A DNA stretch of 63,102 bases, filler included, from Octopus bimaculoides (lineage: Eukaryota): the NCBI RefSeq assembly GCF_001194135.2. It is 7 parts of 7 records of this genome, joined end to end, with 100 filler letters (N's around TTAATTAATTAA, not from the genome) between each part and the next. Parts side by side here need not be neighbours in the genome. Positions count along the whole stretch, not along the records: positions 1 to 31,491 come from NC_068989.1; positions 31,592 to 43,736 come from NC_068984.1; 5 more parts are not named here. The stretch is one strand, 5' to 3'. Each line of letters starts with the position of its first letter. The first letter of the stretch is position 1. Both the position numbers and the translations under genes were made by a program. The notes under the pieces were generated by a model that saw nothing but the letters and a program-made list of their open reading frames with translations, was not told the origin of the DNA and did no database searches. Below are positions 29,464-43,337 of this stretch, in pieces.

Positions 29464-30140
29464 CTGGCCAGGGGGGTGATGGCAAGTGAAGAACTTTGCC
29501 AAGATAATGACTGGAAAAAAAACCCATTAAGTTAGGAGAAGTTCCAACAAACTGACCATAAATATATTCTGGTATATGCTTCAACTGTCTTAAACGCAAT
29601 GAAAACCTGTTGGTAAAAACACGAGTATAAATTTTTCAAATAAAAGCCATGTTTTTAAGATCAATATAATGGGAAGTAATTAGAACATGCAAGACCACAT
29701 TTTGTTTTTTATGTATTACAACTCATAATATAAAAGTGGAATGTCAGATTCCTCTAAGCTAATAGATACTGGAGAATTATGAGATGCAAGTGTAGACATA
29801 CGTGGATAAGTTACTGCTATGATACAGGAGAGCAAGGAGAGAAACCAGTTCAGACAATGGTGAAAAAACAAAAATTTTTGTTTCTGTTTTTGATTTTTGC
29901 TCCTTTTTTTTTCCCCCACCCTCAAGAACTATTAACTTACAAATTTTCATTATCATCATTTCAGTGTAATAATAATGCTGATAATGATGCTAATATAATT
30001 ACAACAAGAACAAATTAATCAAATAATCAAATGCTAATAATTAGAATGTGAGATGATATGCGGAGTTTGTGCAATCTCACGGCAAGGATGTAATGCATAC
30101 AAGAATATGAGCAGATAGAGAATGAATAAAGCATGTAAGC

Positions 30141-30175
<35 letters not shown>

Positions 30176-30423
30176 GAAGGAAGAAAGAAAGAAAGGAAGG
30201 AAGAAAGAAATCAATGAACAACAATATTATATATTGCCAACAGAGAACTAAACTGATTATTATTAAAAATATACAATTCCCACCTCCGAGTTAATTTTTA
30301 GTAATATTTATTTATTATTTTTCACCTGCCTTAAGCAAGGAATATTAGGGAAGGAGAAAAACAACATTCTTATCAGCCACATACATATACATGAAAACTC
30401 AATCTCTTACATACACACACGTG

Positions 30424-30468
<45 letters not shown>

Positions 30469-31441
30469 TAAGAGCTGCTGAAAGTGAAAACATGGGAGAG
30501 AGTTCATTACAATGGAAAAGAAACAGAAAGAAGAGACAAGAGAGGAAGAACGAAACAAAGGTAAAAGAGTATATGACCAAATATTTCCTGAAACAGAACC
30601 CATTCAGCAAGTTCTCTCGTTACTTATCCAATTATCAACTGGTGTGGGGGGGGGGGGGGTTCAAATGTATTTCATGCCCTCTACTACGCCAGCTAGACTT
30701 AATTCCTGCGACAGTTATTACAAACATAATTAGGAATTAAATTCTGATAATTTCTGTTGCCTGGAAGGGCGATAATCTAGTATTTAGGAACTTAGTAAAT
30801 AAAAATGAAAATTGAATGAACTAGAAATGACAGAGCAAGAGTAAACTAACACTTTAACCAGTGATTATCAGAGGCCCAACTGAAAATGATACAACTAATA
30901 TAACCATTCAATAATTGCAAATGATAAATCATGGGTGCCTGTTAGCCTATAGGAAATTGTATACAAGAGCGTAGAAAAGAATTAGGTAGATAAAATTGTA
31001 AGTATTTCCTACTTATTCTGAAACCTGACGAAGCATGTCCCTAATTCAACAGAAATTAGTTCTGCATATTTATCCTGAACAAAAAGATTTCCAAACAATA
31101 ACTGCAGCTTTCAAGCATTTGAATATCATTAGGATTTAAGACCGAGTGGAAACTCAATTGAAAATTTGATTTACTTCCAAGTGAGTAAACTGAGAAATGA
31201 ATGAATGGATGGCGCTGCCACAAGTGACAATAGATTCATATAAACAATGTTAACCACACGCTCTCCAGTCACTTGAAAGTTCTCAACTTGTTGCTGCTCT
31301 TTCTTTTATTTTCATACAGCAAAATCACGTCTTTGAAAAGTCAATAATATGCCAGGTAAATGTTGTCAGAACAGGGGGAAACTTAGACTTCATATTCTAT
31401 TAAAGGTGAATACAAGAGTTGGTCAAGTTATAGAAATATTG

Positions 31442-31491
<50 letters not shown>

Positions 31492-32221
31492 NNNNNNNNN
31501 NNNNNNNNNNNNNNNNNNNNNNNNNNNNNNNNNNNTTAATTAATTAANNNNNNNNNNNNNNNNNNNNNNNNNNNNNNNNNNNNNNNNNNNNATATATATA
31601 TATATATATATATATATAAACACACTCATAGAGATAATTTGTTATATCATAATATTTGTATGTGTGCTAATATATTCTTTGTAGTATGGTTGATGATGAC
31701 TACCAATATCACAACACACAACACCTACATCAGGTAGCATTACTAACTGCAGTTCATTGACCTCACAGAATTTGTTTTCCATTCCTGTTTCAATCCTTGA
31801 CAGATATTCGACTGACGCCCTGCCCTTGTAATCTATAACAACTCTTAGTGATTTATTTCAGATTTTAATGCCATATGCCTCAACCATTCCATAATTTACA
31901 GTCAATATCTTTCTCAAAACATTCCAATTTCATTCTATCATATTTTTGTGTTTCTTTCATACTATTTTCTTTTGTATGTTTTTAAGTTTATATCTTGAAG
32001 AATGAAAGGAAATAAAATGAAAATAAGAAAGAGAAAAACAAAAACTATCAACTGAAATGTTGTCAAAGTTTTTTGATAAATTACAAGATTTTTAATAATG
32101 ATGATGATGATGATCACGGTAGTGGTGGTAATGATAGGTGTTCCTATATTGATGTATATACATTTATGTGCACATATACTCATGTGTGTGTGTGTATATA
32201 TATATATATATGTATATATAC

Positions 32222-32370
32222 AGGTGCGGGTATGGCTGTGTGGTAAGAAGTTTGCTTCTCAAAAACATGTTTTGGGGTTCAGTCCTACTATGTGATATTT
32301 TGGGAAAGTGTCTTCTACTAAAGCTCTTCAATCAAATGTGAGGGAATTTGGTGGGTAAAAATTGAAAGAA
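32222..32370 (+). mobile_element. SINE family A, 5' half, diverged
   Basis: TGGCTGTGTGGTAAGAAG...GGGTTCAGTCC. Confidence 0.7.
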
Positions 32371-32639
32371 TTATATTGTATGTGTGTATACGCGTGTGTG
32401 TGTGTATGCATGTGTGTGTGTGTGTGAGTGTGTATGTACATGTGTCTGCATGTTTATGAGTATGTGTACTACTGTTTCCTTGCTTTGGAGTTGTTGTGAT
32501 AGTTGTGAGAGTGTCACCACCATGCAAGCAATGTCCTTCTCTTCCATTAAATAACACATGTGCAGATCAAGAAACACCAACTCAATCATGTGCATACGCT
32601 CCTACATGCATGCATGTATGCATGCACACACATATGTGA

Positions 32640-32758
32640 TGGACTTTTTTTAAACTGTTTCTCTCTATCAAATTCATTGGCTGAAGGTGTTATGCAGAGG
32701 AACTGAACCTGAAACCACATGGTTGAGAGGCAAACTTTTTACCACACAGCTATACCTG
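32640..32758 (-). mobile_element. SINE family A head fragment
   Basis: AACTGAACCTGAAACCACATGGTTG...TTACCACACAGC. Confidence 0.65.
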
Positions 32759-32901
32759 TCAGTGTGTAGATATCTGTGTGTGTGTGTAAATATATATATA
32801 TTATATTATATTATATTTCTTACTTGTTTCAGTCTTTAGACTGTGACCGTGCTGGGGCACCGCCTTGAAAGATTCTTTTAGACGAACAAATTGACCCTTA
32901 C

Positions 32902-33321
32902 TCTTTTACTCATTTACTTGTTTCAGTCATTTGATTGTGGCCATGCTGGAACACTGCCTTTTAGTCGAGCTAATTGACCCCAGGACTTATTCTTTGTAAG
33001 CCTAGTACTTATTCGATCAGTTTCTTTTGCCAAACTGCTAAGTTACGGAGACGTAAGCACACCAGCATTGGTTGTCAAGCGATGTTGTCAAACATATACA
33101 CACACACATACATACATATATATATATACATAAATACGATGGGTTTCTTTCAGTTTCCATCTACCAAATCCACTCGTAAGGTTTTGGTCAGTCCAAGGCT
33201 ATAGTAGAAGACACTTGCCCAAGGTGCCGCACAATGGGACTGAACCCGGAACCATGTGGTTGATAAGCAGGCTACTTACCACACAGCCACTCCTACACCA
33301 CTCCTACCCCACTCCTACGCC
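32902..33321 (-). mobile_element. SINE family A, full length (extra tail fragment at 32818-32897)
   Basis: Full alignment to the 50656 copy. Confidence 0.9.
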
Positions 33322-33758
33322 TTGTACATATTTTTTTTTAAAGTCTGGTACTTATTTTATTGAATTGCTAAGTTACAGGGAGATAAACTGTTGTAATCCT
33401 TAAAATGTTGGATTGATATAACGCCCACCTCAGTATACAGTATACTTAGTAAAACCAGTAAAGACAGAACTATCTCTGATTTCTTTTATTAAGCACAAGG
33501 CTCTTATAAAGATGAGACAATACAAAGACAGACAAAACAATACAGTGAGGTACACAAAACATATAGCGAATGAAATTACGGATAAAAGGATAAATGAGAT
33601 GAAATGTCTTACCTGCCCCCAACAAGCAGGCAGTTTCATTTTACTGTTTATGTATTTCATTTGACTTTCAATTCAATATTCTGTTTTGTATCTTTTTTTT
33701 TCCTTTTTTTAAAAGTCACTAGCAATTCAAATTTTTAAAATTTTTTCCTTACTTTCTT

Positions 33759-35210
33759 TTATAGTAAAAACTGCATTATATCATCAAACGCCACCACTGG
33801 TGGCAACTCATTATATCGAACCTGCAGTGGCGATACCTCTATCTCTTTCAATCTCTCACCTATCTCCTTCTCAAGCAAGACCGTCTTGAATCCTTTGTTG
33901 CACACCTTAGGGCTCAATTTCACCCTAATAACATGATTCATTTTAGTGATCCTTTTTTCGATCTCTACATTTTTCTTTGCTGTATCAATGTCCGTATGTG
34001 TTTTCCCTTCAGCTCTTCTCTCTGTTTACCATCATCAAACTCTTCTGTTGTCACTGGTATCTCCAATTCTTCCCTCTCTCCATGCCTCTCATTCGATACT
34101 GCTGACATTTCTCCTCTATCATCCCTTTTTTCTGCCCTTTTACTTTCTCCTCCTTGCTGGTATCGATCTCTGTTTTCTCTCTGTGTCTTTCTCATTTGAT
34201 TTTTTCGGTATCTCATTTCTTTTCTGCTCATTCGCTTTTCACTCCTTTGGTAAACCTTGTCTCTCCTCTACACTTCCTTTTCTTTTCTTCAAGGGACTCT
34301 TTGGTGGTGAGTCTGCATTTCCTTCTCCTTTCTCCTCACTAATGTGTACGTTTCTTCCATATTTTCCACTGGCCTCTGCTTCTCTATGTCTTGAACTCCT
34401 TCCTCTCCTTGCTGTTCCTTCTTCGTTACCTCCTCTTTGTGTTTCTGGGGACACTTTGCCTTCATGTGTCCCCATACTCTACAATGAAAGCATATGGGAG
34501 GTCCTCCCTCCACTACTACTCTTAGCTTCTTCTCATTGGGTAATACTACCTCTTCTGCAATTTTGTGGAGGTCTGGTAAACTGATTTGGATCATCATCTC
34601 AAGGCCGTAACTCCACAGTTTACCTCTGTTGTTCTTGTAATCTTGAGGATTTTTGTCTCCTCTTCTGTATTGTTGAGGATGGCTGCCACAAGCCATGCCT
34701 CATCAATTTCTGGAGGCACTCTACCTGTCCTTACTCTGACCACACGTTTGCCACAGTAGGTTGGCAGTAGTACCCACTCAGATGATTTCAAAGGCACAGT
34801 GGGGTGCTTTATCGCTTCTTGTTTGTTTATTTAGGAAAACTACACTGTGCCATATTTCTTGCCTCTAGTATAAAACGCAGTGAAGCTCTTAATTCCTTTT
34901 ATACATTCTTCCACTGCCTCCACTGCAACTATCTCAATCCTTTTGGTAACTATAGACAGCGTTCTGTAGATCACTGTCCTTTTCTCTGTCTTTCAACTAC
35001 TTCCTTGGGCGGAGTCAACTGCAGTCTGTCTCCTATTAGTTTGATGAAATTCTTTAAATTCGTCTCATCTATCTTCACCACCTCTCTTACTTGTAAAACA
35101 TCCACCGTCAAACTTTTCCCACTTACTGCAACGTAACTGCTGGCTGGAACTAGTTGATTCTGCATAACTTCATTAGTAACAACTTCACCCATGAATGGGG
35201 AAGAAAACAA
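33759..35210 (-). pseudogene. Disrupted ORF1 (gag-like) of a Tx1/L1-like non-LTR retrotransposon
   Basis: Overlapping minus ORFs joined by frameshifts; CX2CX4HX4C knuckle CFHCRVWGHMKAKC at 34451-34492; upstream RVVRVRTGRVPPEIDEAWLVAAIL and downstream K/E-rich region fit Tx1-type ORF1. Confidence 0.75.
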
Positions 35211-35508
35211 AAATTAACAGGTAACGAACAACACTTCAACAATTTCGATAATTCAACAATTAGGTACAATAGACTTTAAACAATTAAACAACAAGCGACT
35301 TACATGAAGCAACTAACAGCAAATTACAACAAGGAATCAAACAACTCGACAACTCTGAAGACATATCTATCTCTGACTGCATACTACATAGTCTCTTTAC
35401 TTATAGTGACTAGGTTATTCCATTCGTCATGTTGGAGGGGTGTACCATTATTACTAATTCCCTCCAGCATAAGCATACCAACACCAGTTGTCAAGCAGTG
35501 GTTGATCA

Positions 35509-35551
<43 letters not shown>

Positions 35552-36274
35552 CAAACAATTATAAAGAATACAAAGACTGATACATCACTAAATTTTTCTT
35601 TTAGTCTTACAGTTGGTCATACAGCATACATTATTTGGTTACAATGACTGACATGTGTTTCTGGTGTACAAAGTATGTACAGTGGCACATGCAACCCAGC
35701 ATTATCTTCTGTTTACTTGTTGAAGCATCTTAAATGAATTGGTTAGTCATAACCTGGAATATACCCAAAAGCTACCACAGTACCCGCCTGGATAATTTTA
35801 TCCCTATACACTCACAATATATAATGTTTAATATATGCCATTTCTAAAAGATGAGGGAAGTACATATTATAGCTGTAATCCAGTTCACTTGACTGAGTAT
35901 ATATACCTAGTCAAACTGCCCAAGATGGCAGTATGAAGTGCAGGGCTGTAGACCAGCTATCATGGAAAATTTAAGCCAATGGATTTAGAGGACTGGGATG
36001 AGTGTGGGGTGTTTAATGAATGTTGTGGGGAGGGAATTAAAGGATCATGGTGAGGAGTTGTTGATGTGAGAGGAAGACAAAGAATAGAAGTAGATAAGTG
36101 ATACATTAAGAAGCTCGACCAAATTCAGTTGTTAACCAGTTTATATTAATAGTAAAGTGACCTTGAATCTTCCTGTCAATGTATGTATACATACATATGT
36201 GTACTTGTGCACAAACACATGCACAAACACACACACAAACACACACACACACACACATAGCTATACTATATACA

Positions 36275-36420
36275 GCGGGCTTCTTTCAGTTTCCATCTAC
36301 CAAATCAACTCAAAGCTTATTTGGCCTGAGACTAGAGTAGAAGACACTTAGCCTAGGTACCATGCAGAGGGACTGAACCTGGAACCAAGAAGTTGGGAAG
36401 CAAGCTTCTTACTACACAGC
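36275..36420 (-). mobile_element. SINE family A, 5' half
   Basis: GGGCTTCTTTCAGTTTCCATCTACCAAATC...GGACTGAACC. Confidence 0.8.
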
Positions 36421-36595
36421 AACACACACCTCATATATTTATTTATTCAGGTATTCAAAATCCTTCTATAGATTAGGCATGGCAGGGCGGTTAAGAAGTT
36501 TGCTTTGGGGTCCATGTGTCTGACACTTTGGGTTAATGTCTTCTACTATGACCCTACACACACACACACGCATATATATTCATATATAAACATAT

Positions 36596-36928
36596 TCTTT
36601 TATTCCTTTATTTGTTTCAGTCATTTGACTGCGGCCATGCTGGAGCACTGCCTTTAGTTGAACAAATCGACCCCAGGACTTATTCTTTGTAAGCCTAGTA
36701 CTTATTCTATCGGTTTCTTTGGACGAACCGCTAAGTTATGGGGGTGTAAACACACCAGCATCATTTGTCAAGCGATGGGGGGTTTCCATCTACCAAATCC
36801 ACTCACAAGGCTTTGGTCGGCCTGAGGCTATAGTAGAAGACACTTGCCCAAGGTGCCACACGGTGAGACTGAACCCAAAACCATGTGGTTGGTAAGCAAG
36901 CTACTTACCACACAGCCACTCCTGCGCC
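36596..36928 (-). mobile_element. SINE family A with central microsatellite deleted
   Basis: Tail joins head directly at GCGATGGGG|GGTTTCCATCTACC. Confidence 0.85.
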
Positions 36929-37687
36929 TATATATACATGGATATTTATATATATATATATNNNNNNNNNNNNNNNNNNNNNNNNNNNNNNNNNNNNNNN
37001 NNNNNNNNNNNNNNNNNNNNNNNNNNNNNNNNNNNNNNNNNNNNNNNNNNNNNNNNNNNNNNNNNNNNNNNNNNNNNNNNNNNNNNNNNNNNNNNNNNNN
37101 NNNNNNNNNNNNNNNNNNNNNNNNNNNNNNNNNNNNNNNNNNNNNNNNNNNNNNNNNNNNNNNNNNNNNNNNNNNNNNNNNNNNNNNNNNNNNNNNNNNN
37201 NNNNNNNNNNNNNNNNNNNNNNNNNNNNNNNNNNNNNNNNNNNNNNNNNNNNNNNNNNNNNNNNNNNNNNNNNNNNNNNNNNNNNNNNNNNNNNNNNNNN
37301 NNNNNNNNNNNNNNNNNNNNNNNNNNNNNNNNNNNNNNNNNNNNNNNNNNNNNNNCTTTAACAAGTCTTAATCATGAAAATCATTTTGTGCTTATGTTAT
37401 GTATTTTTATGCTTTTATTCTACAGTTTTATTAAAGACAAAATATTGAATACAATTTTATAGTTTCTCATATTTCATCAATGGCATTTATTACTCTAATT
37501 TACTTAAAAGTTAATTAACAATGCTTCAAGGAAGCTAAAAATATATAAATGAATGCATGAATGAAATTAGAAACATGATTTCATGTACCATTTGGTGGTT
37601 GTTGTTGTTGGTGGAGGTGGTGGCGGTGGTGGAGGTGGTGGTGGTGGTGGTGGTGGTGGTGATCTCATGATCAGCTATAATCCAAGA

Positions 37688-37889
37688 GACTATAATCAAA
37701 GGAGTTCCAATTGTGACCATCCTGGCTGTTATTCAACCTAGGTCCAGAACTATATTATTCATAAAGACTATACAATGTGATCCCATGATCAAGGGACTAT
37801 AATCAAAGGAGTCCCAATTGTGACCATCCTGGCTGTTATTCAAACCTAAGCCCAAGACTATATTATCCATAAAGACCATACAATGTGAT
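37688..37889. repeat. Tandem duplication, about 107-bp unit x2, within a dispersed repeat (family D)
   Basis: GACTATAATCAAAGGAG...TACAATGTGAT starts at 37688 and 37795. Confidence 0.9.
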
Positions 37890-38054
37890 TTAGTGAGATT
37901 TGGCTGGCTGCTATTTCTAGCAGATGGAGTGATCATATAAAGGCCCTGAGAGTTTGCTTGTTACCATCACTGGCCCATCTCACCAAACCCACCACCATCC
38001 TTTATATTGTCTATAACTTTCGCTATTACTCACCTATTATTCATCATGCTTGTG

Positions 38055-38220
38055 CTAGAAACATCAGCTGAATTACCCTCAAAAGACTGGCACACCAGAT
38101 AATGTAGTCCTAGTTACACTGCCCAAAACTTAAAATAAGATGTGTTGGTCATAGCTGGAATGTTTTTGATCATAGTCTGCTCATCTAGAGCAGACTACCT
38201 GGGGCTAAACAATAACAGCA
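38055..38220 (+). mobile_element. Dispersed repeat family D fragment ending CTGGGGCTAAACAAYAAC
   Basis: Related pieces at about 37690-37930, 38785-38900, 39040-39200, 40330-40560 and 59925-59985. Confidence 0.55.
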
Positions 38221-38271
38221 GTAAATACATGTGTGTGTGTATGTGTGTATTTCTATATGTATATATTTATA

Positions 38272-38460
38272 TACTCTTTTACTTGTTTCAGTCAATTGAC
38301 TGCGGCCATGCTGGAGCACTGTCTTTATCGACCCCAGAGCTTATTCTTTGTAAGCCTAGTACTTATTCTATCAGTCTCTTTTGCCGAACCGCTAAGTTAC
38401 AGGGACGTAAACACACCAGCATCTGTTGTCAAGTGATGTTAGGGAGACAAACAGACACAC
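38272..38460 (-). mobile_element. SINE family A, 3' half
   Basis: TTTTACTTGTTTCAGTC...GGCCATGCTGGAGCAC...AAACACACCAGCATC. Confidence 0.85.
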
Positions 38461-39751
38461 AAACATACACTCACACATACATACACACACACACACACAC
38501 ACATATATGAATATGGACATACATACATGCATGTTANNNNNNNNNNNNNNNNNNNNNNNNNNNNNNNNNNNNNNNNNNNNNNNNNNNNNNNNNNNNNNNN
38601 NNNNNNNNNNNNNNNNNNNNNNNNNNNNNNNNNNNNNNNNNNNNNNNNNNNNNNNNNNNNNNNNNNNNNNNNNNNNNNNNNNNNNNNNNNNNNNNNNNNN
38701 NNNTTTTACTTGGTTGTTTACTGAGAATTTGGTTTCAAAATATCCAAGAATTCATTGACATAGAAACAGTGTCCATAATGTTGTTTAACCCCAGGCCATC
38801 AGTGATCCAACTGGCCTACAATCAAAGGTGTGCAACTTTGCCTATATCGTTTTTTTTTAAGGCATGGTATATCTAGGACTACATTAGTAATTTGAAATAT
38901 GTCATTTTGTTTTTATTTTTTTAATATGACAGGATAGGATATGCTCTGAGAGTGTTATTTCTAGCAGATACAATAACTGCATAGTTGGTCTTCATTGGCT
39001 TTTTGTTGATACCTTTGTAGTCATCTAGCACTTAATTGGTATGATTCAGCTGACCAATAAGCATAAACTATCTAGCTTTGACCATACTGATTTTTAAAGA
39101 TGTAATCCAGTGGTCCTTGATATTTTTAAGACATTATGGTGTCATTTGAAAGTAATTTGGTAACTATTTTTAGCAGGTGTGGCAACCACATAGAGATTCC
39201 CTTATTGTCTTAATACAAACAACACTCATTGGTGTGCTGCACACATTTTTAAACAAATATAAAATCAGAAAGCTTGCCAAAGAATTTACAAAAGATTCTG
39301 TAGGCTGTTCTCAGCATAAATAGCCCATTATTTTCATTATGTCTTTTATATCCATTATTTTCCTTTCTGCTGTGCATTTCAATGCCCTTACCTTGCTACT
39401 GTAAATGACAGTAAAGTTATTTTACAGTTATTCTCTTCTATTTAGTTTCTGTTGTACTAAAGGTTATAAGTCAACAATTCTGGATGTAACTGGTTTGAAT
39501 AAATATTTCTTTCTCGAAACTCTGCTGGATTTAACCTGTTTGAACGTGAAATGGTTAATAACAGAAGTTTGATAAAACTGTTTCATGAAAATAATATGCC
39601 ATGAGTTTATTTGAAATTATACTTCCAATGATAAATTCCAGTTTTAGCCTTTTTGAATGTAAAGAGGTTATTGAGAGAAGTTTGATAAAACTGTTTAATA
39701 AATGTAACATGAGTGGAGTTTGTTTGGAATTATATTTTTCAAAGATATATA

Positions 39752-40198
39752 GATGCAGGCATAGCTGTGTGGTAAGAAACTTACTTCCCAACCACAAGGT
39801 TCCAGGTCCAGTCCCACTCTGTGGCACCTTGAGCGAGTGTCTTCTGCTTTAGCCTTGGGTCAACCAAAGCCTTGTGAGTGGATTTTGTAGACGGAAACTG
39901 AAAGATTCCTGTCATACATACATACATACATACATACATACATACATACATACATACACACACACACACGCACATATCTTTGTGTGTGTGTGTGTGTTTG
40001 GCCTCCCCCACCATTTTACAACCACTATTGGTTTCTTTACATCCCCGTAACTTAGCAGTTTGGCAAAAGAGTTCAATAGAAAAAGTACCAGGCTTAAAAA
40101 CACAAAATAAGTACTGGGGTTGAATCATTCAACTAAAGGGTTCTTCAAGGTGTTGCCCCAGTATGGCTGCAGTCTAATGACTAAAACAAGTAAAAGGC
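39752..40198 (+). mobile_element. SINE family A, full length with (CATA)n/(GT)n spacer
   Basis: Head and tail align to the 50656 copy. Confidence 0.85.
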
Positions 40199-40639
40199 AA
40201 AAGATATATGATAACTGTTTGCCTAGTATCTGTAGAATTTAATGGGTAATAGTTTTAATGGATGAGGGAGGCTGAAAGGGATCATATGATCTGTTGGGGA
40301 TAGCAACCAGATTTCCTTCAAATCAGGCACTACCATTTTAAAAGAGGAAGGATACATTGATTTGTAGTCCTTGATATATGACTCAATAAAACATGAGATG
40401 GTCATAGCCAAAATGTCTTTAACAAGTCTGCTGGACTGAGGTTGGCCTGGGGTTAAACAGCTGCAACTCCATACCATTGAGAAAATCTCAGTGTGGTTGC
40501 TTGATTTGCTATAAATAGCAAATAAACTTCCCTCAGATCACATCCCATTATCTTTAAAACATTCTATAAGATTATGAGATGTCATCGTCGTCGTCATCAT
40601 CATCATCATTTTTATGTTCATTTTACTTTGGATCAACAG

Positions 40640-42300
40640 CTTTCCAACGTACCTGATTGACAGATGCATGATGAGCAACAAAACCACCACCAGGTCTTTA
40701 ATAGATTGGAATGGGCATGTGCTACTTGGTTCCAAACAGGGGTGTGCAGCTTTCCATTTGCACTTTTCTCAACTGTTTGGGGAAGATGGTGGGTTGGAGA
40801 CAGCAGTGGGTTTAGTAGCCACATCATCAGCCTGCCACTGTTCTTGGCACAAGATGCAAGATGTTGTGTAAAGTTAATAAAAAAAAAAGGCAATGGGAGT
40901 ATGAGAGGCAATGAGCACTTGCACAAGGCACAAATCACACAGTTTGGATTGTCTGACCTTTGAATTTTATGAACTGAAGCCAAATTTGTTTGGTGACCTC
41001 TAATAGATGTTCACAGCAATAGTCAGCAGAAAGGGAAAAATCTTAAATCACTAAGCTGGAGAGTGATTATGCAACTGAGAAACAACACTGATGCAGACAA
41101 TTTTCAGTCCATAACTCAGCTAAACACAGACTTTAAGAATTTGGCCAAGGTGTTAGCCTAAAGGATTGTGCTTGTTGTTTGCGGTCTGGTCATCAGAGTG
41201 CAAATGTGCACAAGCCTGAACAGTTCCATCCAAGACAACCTTTACCATATGTTGTGATACATAATAAAGAAAGCTTTGGGAACAAAGCTAGCTTTAATGG
41301 CCACTGATCAATTTGGATCAGTTGAAAGCTTTCGCTATGGTTAGCTATTGTTATTTGGGAGCTGTCCAGAAAGCAGCTGGACTCCAAACCATTTTCAGAG
41401 GCTGAATTTCTGCAGTGCACCTCAGCACCTATTTAGTGTTCAAAATAAGTGGCTCCCTTTCAGAACCATTTTGCATTACACATTCATTCCAACAGTGTTG
41501 CTCCCTCTCACTTCTTTTGGACATGGTGGCTCTTGAACCACTGTTGAAGAATGTTTGAAGGACAGGAACCTAAGATGGCCATGTCAGATGCCTTGAAAGC
41601 TGAGACAGCCAGCACCATTTCAAAGGAATGTAAGGTAGCAGCTGATACTGAGATTTATATGACCAACTTGAGTTATCTCAAACAGCTGCTGTCACATGTA
41701 AGGTGGATCTGATTATCAGTCAAGTCCGTTGTGGTGATTGTTCCACTGCTCTCCTAGCAGAAGAGATAACAGGGAAGGCACTCAGGCAGAAAAGGCAGTT
41801 TTCTTCTGTCTGGCAGCTATGGTGAAAGAGGTTGTGAGGAGAATGAGGTCCAAAGGTCTAAGGAAAGAAACTTTCCTCTTTGATAGAGCCTTCACCAACT
41901 TTTACAAGTTTAAGTTGAAAAGAAAGGTGAGAGTGGAGAGGGAGATGATGTCCTCAAATGAATTTATTGAAAACCAGACAAAAGTAGCAAAAATGGCAAG
42001 AGTGTATGTAAGTGGATGTATGAGCTAGTAAACCAGAAAATGACTACTGGAGATAGTGCTTTCTCCTTTTGTTCAAAATGGTCTTAGTTCTGTGGGGTTA
42101 TTCAGCTGGCCCTAGATAGGGGCCCTCCTGTATTGGGAGTTGGGGTAGGGGTGCTGCTGCTTCATTATCTTTCATCATTTGTATACCATGCATATTTGTA
42201 TTTCATATTTTGTCCCCCTCATTGTAAAACCCCACACTTTGTACAGGCCTTTGTTATTGTTCCTATCATCAATCACCATGGTAGCAAATAAAAGAAATTA
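40640..42300 (+). pseudogene. Decayed, internally deleted ORF2 (reverse transcriptase) of a Tx1/L1-like LINE
   Basis: Manual translation: AFHLHFSQLFG; FEFYELKPNLFGDL; NFQSITQLNTDFKNLAKVLA; SIQDNL; LINLDQLKAF; ISGSLSEPFCITHSFQQCCSLS; ALEPLL; C-terminal AVFFCLAAMVKEVV...KLKRKVRVERE; many stops and frameshifts. Confidence 0.85.
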
Positions 42301-42977
42301 TCATCACCATCATCATCATTGTCATCATAATCATCATCAGGGGACAATAAAAGCCATTAATGTTTGATTTATTTCACTGAATTAACGATATTGATTTTAT
42401 ATTAGTTTTTAAATCAACATGAGAATCAACTTAAGCGAAAATTGCTCACCGCCACTTTTGGAAACTTCCTCTGCCGACAATAATTTCTTAGATGTAATGA
42501 CACACCATTAATTCTAATGCTGATTATTCTTACTTAATATTTCATGTAGAAATGTTTTCCAATTGGTTCACAAAATTGTAATATTTGCATAATTCACTAA
42601 GCTTTTCATGGCCAGCTTTCTCTTCCTTAACGACAATAGAACTCTATCTAAAAATGCTACAATGTAAATAGGATTCAGCTATTCAAGCATTAGTGATGGG
42701 TCTTCAGTGTTTGGTTTTTGTGTTCTTGTAATAATTTATTTTCAAGACTTTTATTAATTTTCCTCATTTGTTTTGGACTGGCTCATCAATTTATACCATA
42801 TTTGAGGAGAAACAAAGTGACCTAATGGATAGTGTGTTGAGCTGTCTACTCACGCGTTTCAGGTTCAAATCTTCAAGTATAGCTACATGATTTAAAACTT
42901 TGTTTTGAAACCACATAGTCTTGGCTCTGATCTCACTATTCAGACAATTGTCTTCTACTGTAGCCTTACGTTGACCA

Positions 42978-43028
<51 letters not shown>

Positions 43029-43093
43029 AATTGTCAGTAGTCCATATATCCAAAATAGAAGCACACTATAAAGCATTAGAGCAGTAATATATT

Positions 43094-43337
43094 TTTTAGG
43101 AAATTAAAAGTTATGGTCAGTTACGGAGTGACCATTGGTTTCACACCTATAAAGTGCTTAGCAGTGTAGGTGACACGTCAGACGCAAATGGCCAAAGGTG
43201 CACACCCTCTCCCAGGCCAAGTGAGGTTATGTGCTTTCAGCCATTTGAGTCTAATGAGCTGCCTATACTGCTAAGCCCTTTATAGGTGCAAAGATAACGG
43301 TCACTCTATAACAAGCCATAACTTTTAACTTCCTAAA

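Noticed and set aside
31025-31060. CTGACGAAG motif suggesting a third hammerhead
   Set aside because: No stem II or GAAAC/GUH arrangement follows
37688-37889. Possible CRISPR-like repeat-spacer pattern
   Set aside because: Simple two-unit tandem duplication without unique spacers in eukaryotic DNA; no CRISPR array anywhere in the window
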